Sequence record: NZ_CP118990.1
Direction: 5' to 3' (one strand)
Origin: a plasmid
Length of the DNA: 64,000 nucleotides
Shown: one piece after another, positions 46,771 through 55,888 of the stretch
How positions within the stretch are numbered: the first letter of the stretch is position 1
How the letters are laid out: each line of letters begins with the position of its first letter
Notes under the pieces: model-generated
Told to the model about the DNA's origin: nothing
The model's input: the letters and a program-made list of their open reading frames with translations, nothing else
Databases searched by the model: none
Program-made: the position numbers and the translations under genes

Positions 46771-47253
46771 AAAAAGCAGAGTAGAGATCTCTTGCTCTGT
46801 AATTAAATTATTGCTTTTAAGAACATTTATTAAGGCTGTATCAGCAATATCGTGGAATCCCTCAATAAGGTCTTCCACCATTGCGGCAGCCTTTCGTTCT
46901 TCTTCGCTTTTCCCCATCGACCCGTCGCAGAGCCAATCTTCCACATTGCCGTATTGGGCAACGTAACTGAGTTGTTCGCACTCATGCGCAATCAGCCCAG
47001 TAACTCTCTCCATGAGTAGGTCATCGTAGGTGGGGAGTACCAGCACTGCGCCATGGCCTGGGATGTTGCGTTGGACCGTCGCCTCACTCTGAGGGCTACT
47101 TTTGAGCCATGAGAAGGCCCAAAGACCAGAACCGATCTTTTCAAGAAATATGCCTCGCTCGGAGAAGAAATCGGAGACATTTTTGAAGATGGTGCCACCT
47201 GGAGCGGCCATCGAATAGATGGATGCCATTAGCTCATCCTGACTCATGTACAT
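46711..47253 (-). CDS. Hypothetical protein (180 aa)
   Basis: AGAGG RBS before MYMSQDEL; C-terminal 18 aa identical to the fused tail of the transposase fragment because of the direct repeat. Confidence 0.5.
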   Translation of the reverse strand: MYMSQDELMASIYSMAAPGGTIFKNVSDFFSERGIFLEKIGSGLWAFSWLKSSPQSEATVQRNIPGHGAVLVLPTYDDLLMERVTGLIAHECEQLSYVAQYGNVEDWLCDGSMGKSEEERKAAAMVEDLIEGFHDIADTALINVLKSNNLITEQEISTLLFQGDLSDNCLVGTDFLHLAE

Positions 47254-47644
47254 TCACACACACCTCTTGACTTGTTAATTTGTTTGTATAAGCGACCATC
47301 ACCGGGTCGATAATAAATCACGATCCTTGTACTAGACTTGTATAAGCAAAGATTGTACCAGTAGTACGGATTTCGAGTTAGGTTGCACAGTAAACTACCC
47401 GACAGACTATGACTGATAAAATTAAACTGCATCAGATTTTAGTCTATTCGATTGTAGACTGCTGAAAAGAGGATTAGCTCAAAGTGCGGGGGGAACTTAA
47501 ATGGCTCATTGCGCTGAGTGTTTCTACACAATGAGCCATTTAATTGACCCTCTACAAGGGGAGGGAGTGACTGTTGGGGCTTTGAAGAGGCACCTAAGAC
47601 AATAGGCGTAAACCGCCAACTATTGGGCGGAAGCGACACGTCTG

Positions 47645-48676
47645 TCAGGCGTCTTTCTTTACCTTGTGGAAGGAGCTGGTGACGTCGTTGCGCCAAGCGT
47701 CATAGGCTAGGTGCAGCACTTCTCCCTCAACCCGGAACCCTTCACCATCAAATTCGATCTTACCAATAGTCACTGGGCTCAGTGCCTTCGGCGGCCAAGT
47801 CTTCACATCCCAAGAGCCGGATACCAAACCGCAGTTATGAGCTTGGTGTCCGCCCATGCGGGGGGAACGAGCGAATTCTAACAAAGCAGCAATGAAAAAG
47901 CCCAGTTCGATCTGACTGACTGACTTGAGGGACATGCGGTGCTCCATCACTGTACCGGCGCAGATCGCCTCGTATTGGTCGATGGGGCGACGTATAGACT
48001 CCCGAGCCTCCCCCTTCTGATCTTTGCGATCTTGGATTTGTGCGTCCAATGCCGCGAGCTGGTCAAACAACACCCTTTTCTCGTCGTTCGGAGCCGTTTT
48101 CAACTGTTTTTTCAGCTCTTTTTGCTTGTCCTTCAATACTCCGACGTCGGCGGAGGCAAGGGTCTGCTCTTCCAAAATGGTTTGGAGCCGGTTTCTTTCC
48201 GACTGATCCAGTGTTTCGAGGAGCTCCGGGGAGCGTTCAAACATGATGGTGCGAGCACCACCACCAAACATGGCCGTTGCATTGGCCGTGATGGGGAAGC
48301 CGTTCCCTATGTTAGCTTTTGATGGAAGCCCCCATATGCCGAAGAGACTCAGCATCGGGTTGCCTTCGCGCAAGTGTCGATCAGAGTTCACCTCGTCGTC
48401 GGCAGGGGCAGAAATATCTCCCACAATGTCTACCCCTTGGGCCAACATGAAATGCTCTGCCAGGTCAAATGGTGGGCGTTGATTGTCTTCATTGAACATC
48501 AACACAACCCGGTGCGCAGCATGGCGCAATGAACCACGGGTAGTCGTTGCAGGCCAATAAGCTGGGGCATCGAACCCGCCATTACGTGGCAGGCGGCCCT
48601 GGGTGTTTTTTATGGTGACGGTCAAGGGCTCAACTGCGGTCAGGTGGCCGTCGAAAACAAAGGTACTTTGAGTCAT
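47645..48676 (-). CDS. csf2: Csf2, type IV Cas7-like backbone protein
   Basis: RAMP-like G-rich region PATTTRGSLRHAAHRVV; size 343 aa; last gene of a csf1-cas6-dinG-csf3-csf2 operon. Confidence 0.6.
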   Translation of the reverse strand: MTQSTFVFDGHLTAVEPLTVTIKNTQGRLPRNGGFDAPAYWPATTTRGSLRHAAHRVVLMFNEDNQRPPFDLAEHFMLAQGVDIVGDISAPADDEVNSDRHLREGNPMLSLFGIWGLPSKANIGNGFPITANATAMFGGGARTIMFERSPELLETLDQSERNRLQTILEEQTLASADVGVLKDKQKELKKQLKTAPNDEKRVLFDQLAALDAQIQDRKDQKGEARESIRRPIDQYEAICAGTVMEHRMSLKSVSQIELGFFIAALLEFARSPRMGGHQAHNCGLVSGSWDVKTWPPKALSPVTIGKIEFDGEGFRVEGEVLHLAYDAWRNDVTSSFHKVKKDA

Positions 48677-48694
48677 GGAAATTCCTTGTTGATG

Positions 48695-49393
48695 TTAAAT
48701 CAGCTGGTGAAGCATTTCAGAACGGACCCTTTGGGGGGCGACAATGGGCATTTTTTCTTTTGAGTAATACGGAGGGAGCAGTGGCGATAGGCCTGGTACC
48801 CCATCGATCCCGGATGATACCGGGAGTGGTCGATTAGCCTTATCCAACAGGATAAGGCTGGCATCTTCCTGCATGGGGGTGATGATCAGATTATCAAAGG
48901 CTCCCATCTGGCAGTTCTGAGCGTCGTAACCTAAGCCCAGAACGAAAAAATCCAGCAACCCCTTTATCAGGTAGGGATTCCCCAATCCATCGAACACTGC
49001 AAAAGGGGCTTGGTAAGCGGGCATCTCCCGCAAGCGTCGTTTGGTCGGTCCTCCCTTGAGCTTGATCTTCACATAGCGTCCTTTGCCGTTGGGGGCAAAC
49101 ATCGCCGGAGATAGTTTCTCGGGAGTATGCCGATCTGCTCTGACGTAGCTGCCGACAGTCAAGCCAACGGCCATCGTGACACCGAATCTCATTGCCGAGG
49201 CATGGAAGACACCAAGTTGGTCGTTATAGAGAAGGTAGTTGCTCATTTCCTGCAAGAGTTCTTCCCTGCTGGCAAGTGGGGAGCGCTGGCTCAGAGCCTC
49301 AAAAACCAAAGCATCAAGAGTTGGGGGGTAGTCAGTTAATACCACCGGGGTCTTTAACGACATGACCAGGCGAAAGGGTTCAAATTCGAACAT
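48695..49393 (-). CDS. csf3: Csf3, type IV Cas5-like protein
   Basis: N-terminal LKTPVVLTDYPPTLDALVFEAL pattern typical of Csf3/Cas5; 232 aa; start overlaps the dinG stop. Confidence 0.55.
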   Translation of the reverse strand: MFEFEPFRLVMSLKTPVVLTDYPPTLDALVFEALSQRSPLASREELLQEMSNYLLYNDQLGVFHASAMRFGVTMAVGLTVGSYVRADRHTPEKLSPAMFAPNGKGRYVKIKLKGGPTKRRLREMPAYQAPFAVFDGLGNPYLIKGLLDFFVLGLGYDAQNCQMGAFDNLIITPMQEDASLILLDKANRPLPVSSGIDGVPGLSPLLPPYYSKEKMPIVAPQRVRSEMLHQLI

Positions 49394-51342
49394 CAGAAGT
49401 AAACCTCCAATGGAGTTGCAGGTGATTGCTCGCCGTCAGTTAACAGCCCTTTGGCCTGCCGGTACTGTTGCAGAAACCGAACGGGAATGATGTTTCGCAG
49501 GATGGCGTGTTTGGACGACAAATCGTGAGACAGTGGGAAACGGGGATCGAGAATATCGACTTCAATGCAATCGTCAGGTGAACGGATCCCGCGGCCAATG
49601 GCTTGTCGCATCAACCGAATAACGGCGTTTTGAGTACGCATATACTCCTGCTTGTAGAGCTGTTTACTCAGGTCAGTCTTCTTGGTCTTCTTGTAGAAAC
49701 TTACCAACGCTTCGACTTCGGAAGTGCGTGGTTGGCCGTAGGCAATTCGAGTGATCATCAGGCGATCGAATCCAACTGAGCCAGCGTCATCGGTGATATT
49801 GAGCCCGGTATGGCCCGCAGCGGTGATCATTACTCCCCGGCCATGATGTCTGCATACCTTCTTGAACTCTTCAATCAATGATTTGAGTGGGGTGCCACGC
49901 TGGTGGACCAGCACCTGCCGATGCTCAATTTGAGCCAAAACTGCGGCCAATTTACGGCTCTCTTCATGTGAAGCTGTCAGCACAACCACCCGTCCGCATC
50001 GGTTGGTGATCTGATGTGCGACTGCTTGCAACCATTTTTCAGAAAGGGCAGGGGCATTCCCCTCAGAGGACGGTCTTGAGTAGATAGCCGGGAACGAGGG
50101 GCCCGCCAGAGTCAGGGTCATGCTCCCATATTTTTTCGGGGAGAAAAGGGCAATGGCGCCGAGCATGGTGTCATCAATACCAAGTTCCATTCGCAACGAA
50201 GTGGTACCATTCACTGGCTCAGGCGTGATACTCAGTGTGCCGGAGGTGAGGAGAACAGACTCAAAAGCTGAGGTCGCGTATTTCCCGAAGAACCGAACAA
50301 ACCACGGGGAGAGTGAGACGATGGCCGGTTCCCGGCGTATCAGTGAAACGCCGATCCCCATGGACGAGGTTTGCATCATCAGGAGCTGCTGCTGCAAAGA
50401 TGTTGAGACATCCTTATCCAGGTTATTCAACCGGCAAATCTTCTCGATCTTTCCAATGGTGGCCCGCGCCAGTTCCGCCAGCTCGGTATCCCAGGCATAT
50501 TGCTGCATCCCCAGCCGCTCTTGGATTGTCTTAATTGAATTAGCAAGAGGGGCTAATTGCCGAGCTGATAGTTGCTCGCCCAACTGGGAGGCGACACGAA
50601 CAAGATTCAGGCGCCGCTGAGTCCATTCTTGCAACCGATTCACCAGGGCATCAGCTTCATCAACAATCAGCACTGTCGGCCGTGACTTATCGGCCAAAAG
50701 CGCATTATTTCGCAGCATGTCTACTGCGATCATGGCATGAGTTGTGACCACGATGTCGCATTTAGATTCAGCCTGTTGCTGTTCGTCAAATGCCTCATTT
50801 TCACACTCAGCCGTCAGGCAAATTTGAGAGGCCAACAAGTCGCAGGGGAGTCCGCCAAACTCATCCTCAAATTCTGCAATCGTCCCTGACCAGTCACGCA
50901 AAGTAGCCACTTCGCGCTCCTCTAGGGCTGACAGAGAGCGGTTGGTGAGGGCAATATTGATCCGCTTTGGCGATACGAAATTGACCCGTCCGAGAAGACG
51001 GCCGATAGACAACGGTCTATGTCCATAATGACGGGCGACTTTGGTCAGCAGCACACTGTCTTTTTCGAGAAGTTGTTGCATCAGTGCGTGGCTGTGTGTT
51101 GCGACGATAACCCGAGGGCGACGTGGGTCGCAGAGTGCAAACTGCATGGCTGGCAAGAGATAGCCCAGCGACTTTCCGAGGCCGGTGTCAGCGTGAAGAA
51201 GCGATATTTTCCCGGTGTCAGCCAGCACTTGCTCAATCATTAGCGCATATTGGGTCTGCTCATCCCGAGCGATGAGGCCGCCAGCGGCCATCAGCTCTCC
51301 GAACTTGGCTGTGTGGATCCCGTCCTCTGGCAAGGGGCTCAT
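49393..51342 (-). CDS. dinG: Csf4/DinG, type IV-A Rad3/XPD-like helicase
   Basis: Helicase motif I HADTGLGKSLGYLLPA; motif II VLIVDEADALV; DinG/Rad3-like insert regions; 649 aa. Confidence 0.75.
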   Translation of the reverse strand: MSPLPEDGIHTAKFGELMAAGGLIARDEQTQYALMIEQVLADTGKISLLHADTGLGKSLGYLLPAMQFALCDPRRPRVIVATHSHALMQQLLEKDSVLLTKVARHYGHRPLSIGRLLGRVNFVSPKRINIALTNRSLSALEEREVATLRDWSGTIAEFEDEFGGLPCDLLASQICLTAECENEAFDEQQQAESKCDIVVTTHAMIAVDMLRNNALLADKSRPTVLIVDEADALVNRLQEWTQRRLNLVRVASQLGEQLSARQLAPLANSIKTIQERLGMQQYAWDTELAELARATIGKIEKICRLNNLDKDVSTSLQQQLLMMQTSSMGIGVSLIRREPAIVSLSPWFVRFFGKYATSAFESVLLTSGTLSITPEPVNGTTSLRMELGIDDTMLGAIALFSPKKYGSMTLTLAGPSFPAIYSRPSSEGNAPALSEKWLQAVAHQITNRCGRVVVLTASHEESRKLAAVLAQIEHRQVLVHQRGTPLKSLIEEFKKVCRHHGRGVMITAAGHTGLNITDDAGSVGFDRLMITRIAYGQPRTSEVEALVSFYKKTKKTDLSKQLYKQEYMRTQNAVIRLMRQAIGRGIRSPDDCIEVDILDPRFPLSHDLSSKHAILRNIIPVRFLQQYRQAKGLLTDGEQSPATPLEVYF

Positions 51343-51911
51343 AACACCTCCAGGTTCGACAACTGGCCGTAGCCAAATACCCGCTTACGGCCAATGCCAT
51401 AAACAACAGCCTGCTCGGCCAGCGCAACATCCTTGATCTCAGCAACGACACTGACCGGGTTGCACTGGAGGGTGAAGCTCTGTTTTTTCTTGAGGTAGCG
51501 CTCCAGGTAGGGGCTGTTGGCTGAGTGGCTCTGGAGCGAGAGTCCTGCCCCTTCGCACTGCCTGGCTAGAACATCAGGCAAGATGGCCATCGGCAGATTC
51601 ATCGACCGTTTTTTGGTGGTGCCTGGGATCGGATGCTTGATTGGGAAGCAGAAGTTGAGGTTGAACATGACTGCATCTGCCACGTTCAGTTCAAGTTGTA
51701 CGGCTTGTTCGCCAGCTAGGCCAAGTTGCGTTGCCGATCGCAAGTAGATAACGGTTGTGTTGGGCTCATGAGGGTGAGCAATCCGCCGCCAGCTATAGGG
51801 GACTTTACAGCGCAATGTCTCCTGTACCAAATAATCAAGACGCTGGTGGACCAGATACGGAAGAGACGGGTCAGTTTCACGCAGTTTGAGGGTGTTTTCA
51901 TAGTAAATCAT
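51339..51911 (-). CDS. cas6: Cas6-family crRNA endoribonuclease (Csf5; Cas6e-like)
   Basis: C-terminal glycine-rich loop GIGRKRVFGYGQLS characteristic of Cas6; 190 aa; CRISPR repeats nearby are I-E-like. Confidence 0.6.
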   Translation of the reverse strand: MIYYENTLKLRETDPSLPYLVHQRLDYLVQETLRCKVPYSWRRIAHPHEPNTTVIYLRSATQLGLAGEQAVQLELNVADAVMFNLNFCFPIKHPIPGTTKKRSMNLPMAILPDVLARQCEGAGLSLQSHSANSPYLERYLKKKQSFTLQCNPVSVVAEIKDVALAEQAVVYGIGRKRVFGYGQLSNLEVL

Positions 51912-52744
51912 TGGAGCTTGTCCGCGATGTGAATCAGCTTGAGGCGCTGGTGGGGGTCCGCCGGTAAAGTGCGAAATATCGTGCCGAACGATGGTTTTTT
52001 GCTGATCTGTTCACTGGCCTGCTGGGGGGTAATGCGTCCGTTCGAGAGGCCAACGACTAACTTATTGAAGGCGTTGCGTTCCTGACTTGTTAGTGTGTTG
52101 AGCCCCCCTGATAGCCGCATGGCCGCATCCAGATTAACCGTGCATTCGACTCGGGTAACTGAATCCATACCGGCGTCACTACAGCAGTAGAGCGCCTGCG
52201 GTGACAGAGATATGGTCAACCCTCGCATAAGCGCCGCGGTTTTACGTCCGAAAGATTCGATGTATAGCAGAGGGAATTTTGCATTCTCTGCGATCCATGG
52301 CAGGTGACCACCAACGGTAATCTTCACCACATCGACGTGCTCTAAAAATGATGCAGGGAACTTGTCATACACCCCTGGTGGGGCTAGGAGCGTTGAACGC
52401 TGAGGCTTACCTGGGACATCTGCAATTTCGTGCACCCAACCGACACCACTCATCATTCCAAAGCGCTGGCCCACCTTCTTGTCGCTTTTCCCGGCAGTTC
52501 GCTCATTACCCATGATGTTGGGGTCGGTCACAAACATGGCCTGGCAAGGAGCACAGTGGTTGAACGGCGTTTTATAGCTATCCAGACCTTGATAACCCAC
52601 ACGGTCAAACGAGCTTGCAGGGCGCTTGCAGCAAGAACATGCCGCACCAGTCTTTACAGCTTCTCCCAAGGCTGGAGCCAAAATATGGGTGAGGTTGGCA
52701 TAAAGAAGATCAATTGGATGTTGCACGTCACCTCCGAGAAACAT
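51908..52744 (-). CDS. csf1: Csf1, type IV large-subunit-like protein with zinc finger
   Basis: Cys cluster CSCCKRP...CAPC near the N-terminus; 278 aa; first gene of the operon. Confidence 0.55.
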   Translation of the reverse strand: MFLGGDVQHPIDLLYANLTHILAPALGEAVKTGAACSCCKRPASSFDRVGYQGLDSYKTPFNHCAPCQAMFVTDPNIMGNERTAGKSDKKVGQRFGMMSGVGWVHEIADVPGKPQRSTLLAPPGVYDKFPASFLEHVDVVKITVGGHLPWIAENAKFPLLYIESFGRKTAALMRGLTISLSPQALYCCSDAGMDSVTRVECTVNLDAAMRLSGGLNTLTSQERNAFNKLVVGLSNGRITPQQASEQISKKPSFGTIFRTLPADPHQRLKLIHIADKLQ

Positions 52745-52865
52745 TCTGAAACAGTTTCACATAAGATAATAGATTTCTTTTTTTTGTAAAGAGGCAGGTC
52801 CTTGATAATCGACCGTTTTTAGTGGCCTGGTAGAAACGGGTGCTGTATAAGCTAAAACCTCGGTA

Positions 52866-52989
52866 TGCCGCCCTTTGGCGGGGGTTAGCGGTTTGAGCCA
52901 GCGCAAAAACAAGCCAGAGCAGAGCCATGCTGGAGTGCCTCCCAGTGGCGGGGGTTAACAGATGAATGGCAACCTCTGGGGTTGAACGG
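52866..52989 (+). CRISPR. Vestigial CRISPR mini-array: 2-3 degenerate repeats adjacent to the cas operon start
   Basis: tgccgccctttggcgggggttagcgg (52866), tgcctcccagtggcgggggttaacag (52936), ctctggggttgaacgg (52971) resemble the main-array repeat ..CCCCCGCAGGCGGGGGTTAACGG. Confidence 0.4.
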
Positions 52990-53088
52990 AGGTAAAGCTC
53001 CGGGGGCCATAGCCCCTATGTTGGGAGCGCCATGTTCAGTGACATTTTACCAACGGAACAAAGTTCTGGTGTTATTTCAGGGGGAAGT

Positions 53089-53751
53089 ATGAAGGGTAAT
53101 ATAATTTCATGGAAAGATGAAAAAGGCTTCGGCTTTATAAAAAATGATGAGAATGGCGAACATATATTTTTTCATATATCGAGCGTTATAAAAGGGACGA
53201 GGCAGCCTATTGTTGGTGATGCAGTTACATTTGATGTAGGGGTTGATTCCAGCAACCGAAAAAAAGCAAAAGATATTTTTATTGAAGGGGTGTCATTTAC
53301 CAATATCCCAAGGCGAGTATTTACGGAAAAGGTTAAGCGCGACCGTTTCGATTATTATTGTTACGTCGCGATAGTGTTATCAGTGGCAATAACACTCGCT
53401 GTGTATATTAAAATGGGGCAGCCTCGACTGGCATTATTTCCCGCCGCCGTTGCTATAATGCTGTTTTTGTATATCTCCGTCCGTACTAAAAAACCTGCAA
53501 ATGACATATTCTCATGCGGGAAATGCTCATCAGTGGTTAGACATGACGCAAGAACCATTCGGGCATGGAATAAGGGTGCGTGTAAATTATATTGCAGAAC
53601 CTGCAATCAGAACTGGCATCGTGAAAAGCCACAAAGGGATAGCACTAAAAAATATAATCGCCCTCAGAAGTCTGGATGTCTAGGGGTATTATTATTTATA
53701 ACATTCGTGCCGGTATTTTTAATTTCAAGCATCATCACCTTACTGGTGTAG
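53089..53751 (+). CDS. Cold-shock-domain protein fused to a membrane (DUF1294-like) region with a CxxC...CxxC zinc-ribbon insert
   Basis: N-terminal CSD KGFGFI...GEHIFFHISS; two or more TM helices; CGKC...CRTC. Confidence 0.55.
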   Translation: MKGNIISWKDEKGFGFIKNDENGEHIFFHISSVIKGTRQPIVGDAVTFDVGVDSSNRKKAKDIFIEGVSFTNIPRRVFTEKVKRDRFDYYCYVAIVLSVAITLAVYIKMGQPRLALFPAAVAIMLFLYISVRTKKPANDIFSCGKCSSVVRHDARTIRAWNKGACKLYCRTCNQNWHREKPQRDSTKKYNRPQKSGCLGVLLFITFVPVFLISSIITLLV

Positions 53752-53793
53752 AAAGAAATGTTGAAGCCTTGTTGCCTGGACTATTAACTGAAT

Positions 53794-53827
53794 GAGCCTC
53801 ATCATAATCATGGGTGAGGCTTTTTTA
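53794..53827 (+). terminator. Rho-independent terminator
   Basis: gcctca...tgaggc hairpin followed by T6. Confidence 0.55.
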
Positions 53828-53907
53828 ATGGCCCGATAAAGGGCGAAAAGTGTCGCTCTCAAATTGCCACGCACTGACCGCGTTTCCCAAGTCGATGACA
53901 CTGAATA

Positions 53908-54040
53908 GTGTACAAACTTTATTATGCAAGTGACTGATCTGTAGTGTCCGTTGTGTACAAACTTTACTGTCCGAGTCACCGCTACGCCGTGTTTGCTGCG
54001 TACAAACTTCATTGTCACTGTACTGCTTGCGCAGCCTAAC
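53908..54040. repeat. Three direct repeats with 45-bp period carrying G(T/C)GTACAAACTT
   Basis: gtgtacaaactttat at 53908, gtgtacaaactttac at 53953, gcgtacaaacttcat at 53998. Confidence 0.7.
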
Positions 54041-54222
54041 GGCGCCTGCGGCCACAGTACAGACAACCCCGCATTGCGTACTTCTCCATGCCCTCCTTCA
54101 CACACAGAGGCTCAAGCGTGTCTCTGTGTGTCTCTACTTATTAAAATGATTCTTTGAAAAAGTAGTGTTTATAAAATAGGATAGTTGGCAGGAAAGTCCT
54201 TCATTTTTCACGGAGAGAACGC

Positions 54223-54753
54223 ATGAGAGAGGTGCACTTCATTAGCCAGGTCGAGGCCGAAAAACTGGCGCCGGTTGCCGGTGCGGCGATGATCTCGATC
54301 ACCGACCCGGACAAACCGGAGGCGGCCCTGGGAGATTGGCAACTCTTGTATCGGGACAGCTTTTACGATGGTGGCTACAGTGAGGACACCATCCGTACCA
54401 TGAAAGGGTCTTTTCGGATGAGCTACGCATCCTACATTGACTCCCATCAGGCGAAGAACCTATCCAACTACATCGATGAGCTGGTGCAGAGCGGCATCAG
54501 CCAGATCTTTGTTCACTGCTACTACGGGGAATCCCGAAGTGGCGCGATTGCTTTGTATCTGTGCAACAAACATGGATTCACCTCGAACAAGCCCATCACC
54601 AAGCCTAACAGGACGGTCTACGATCTCCTCTGCTCCCCTTTGAAATATGAAGCACTGATACAGAGTTACGAAACACAAGATGCTGCGCCTACCGAGAGTA
54701 TCTACACCAAGATATGGGATTTATTGCTCGTGGCTATCGGTGTTAGGAGGTAA
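54223..54753 (+). CDS. CX5R protein-tyrosine/dual-specificity phosphatase-like protein
   Basis: Active-site signature VHCYYGESRSG (HCxxGxxRS); GGAGAG RBS. Confidence 0.5.
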   Translation: MREVHFISQVEAEKLAPVAGAAMISITDPDKPEAALGDWQLLYRDSFYDGGYSEDTIRTMKGSFRMSYASYIDSHQAKNLSNYIDELVQSGISQIFVHCYYGESRSGAIALYLCNKHGFTSNKPITKPNRTVYDLLCSPLKYEALIQSYETQDAAPTESIYTKIWDLLLVAIGVRR

Positions 54754-54755
54754 CT

Positions 54756-55760
54756 TTGCACCAACGGAACAACCGCGACACCACTGAACTTTCACACGCG
54801 AAAGTCATTGTCTTGCCAGAACAAACCTCAGGTGGAGGCCTCCCGCAAGTCACCGGGGGGCTCAGAAGCGCACAAGATAATCCGGCAGTTGCATACCTGA
54901 TCAGCCTTGGCTCCAGGCGCAGTCGGCAAACCATGGGCTCATTTCTCAGCATTGTTGCTCGGATGATCGGGTACCAAAACCTGCGTGATTGCGCGTGGGA
55001 GTCGATGCGGCGGCATCATGTCCAAGCTGTGATCCAAATGCTCAGTGACTCTGACCGAGCGCCAGCTACGATCAATACCTACCTGGCAGCGCTGAAAGGA
55101 GTTGCCCTGGAAGCGTGGACAATGAAGCTGATTGATACCGACAGTTACCAGCATATCAAGCAGGTGCGTTCGGTGAGAGGCTCTCGTTTACCCAACGGGC
55201 GGGCCCTCGAAAAGCACGAGGTCAGAGCCCTTTATTTCACATGTGAAAACGATCGGAGCTCCAAAGGGCTGCGTGACGCAGCCATCCTTGCTGTTTTAGT
55301 CGGGTGCGGACTTCGGCGCTCAGAGGTTGTCGCCCTCGATATGGAATGTGTCATCACCAGGGATCAGGCACTTCGTGTGCTCGGTAAGGGCAATAAAGAA
55401 CGCATCGCCTATGTGCCTGACGGGGCATGGCAGCGGCTTATGCGGTGGGTGGAGGAGGTTCGTGGTGATCAGCCGGGATCGCTGTTTCAGCGGATCAGGC
55501 GGTTTGATGATGTCACCGCCGACAGAATGACTGACCAGGCTATCTATCACATTCTTGAAACGAGAAGGATTGAGGCGGGGCTGGAAAAATTCGCTCCTCA
55601 TGATCTCCGCAGAACCTTTGCATCGGCCATGCTGGATAATGGCGAGGACATCATCACGGTCAAGGATGCGATGGGCCATGCCAGTGTCACGACCACGCAG
55701 AAGTATGATCGTCGGGGAGATGAGCGATTGAAACAGGCCAGTCGGCGACTCGATTTTTGA
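54756..55760 (+). CDS. Tyrosine recombinase/integrase (XerD/phage-integrase family)
   Basis: C-terminal catalytic motifs HDLRRTFAS...GHASVTTTQKYDRR (R..HxxR..Y); TTG start with AGGAGG RBS 5 nt upstream; overlaps the upstream stop; contains one ATTTCACATGTGAAAA palindrome. Confidence 0.75.
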   Translation: MHQRNNRDTTELSHAKVIVLPEQTSGGGLPQVTGGLRSAQDNPAVAYLISLGSRRSRQTMGSFLSIVARMIGYQNLRDCAWESMRRHHVQAVIQMLSDSDRAPATINTYLAALKGVALEAWTMKLIDTDSYQHIKQVRSVRGSRLPNGRALEKHEVRALYFTCENDRSSKGLRDAAILAVLVGCGLRRSEVVALDMECVITRDQALRVLGKGNKERIAYVPDGAWQRLMRWVEEVRGDQPGSLFQRIRRFDDVTADRMTDQAIYHILETRRIEAGLEKFAPHDLRRTFASAMLDNGEDIITVKDAMGHASVTTTQKYDRRGDERLKQASRRLDF

Positions 55761-55888
55761 GTCGGAAGACCAATGTTAATCAGTTGCGCACTCAGAATTT
55801 AAGAGGTAAATTTCAGCCACCAATCCTCAAGTGTGCGAACATCGCTGAACGTGACCTAATCTTGATGGTAATTGTTGACTTGGTAAGT

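Noticed and set aside
47439-47696. 85-aa ORF overlapping the 3' end of csf2
   Set aside because: It overlaps csf2 on the opposite strand, has no RBS, and the surrounding region is rich in hairpins. Likely non-coding.
53740-54105. Minus-strand ORFs (121 and 76 aa) with repeated KVCTQ peptides
   Set aside because: The repeated peptide motif simply mirrors the three 45-bp DNA direct repeats. No RBS. Treated as a non-coding iteron region.
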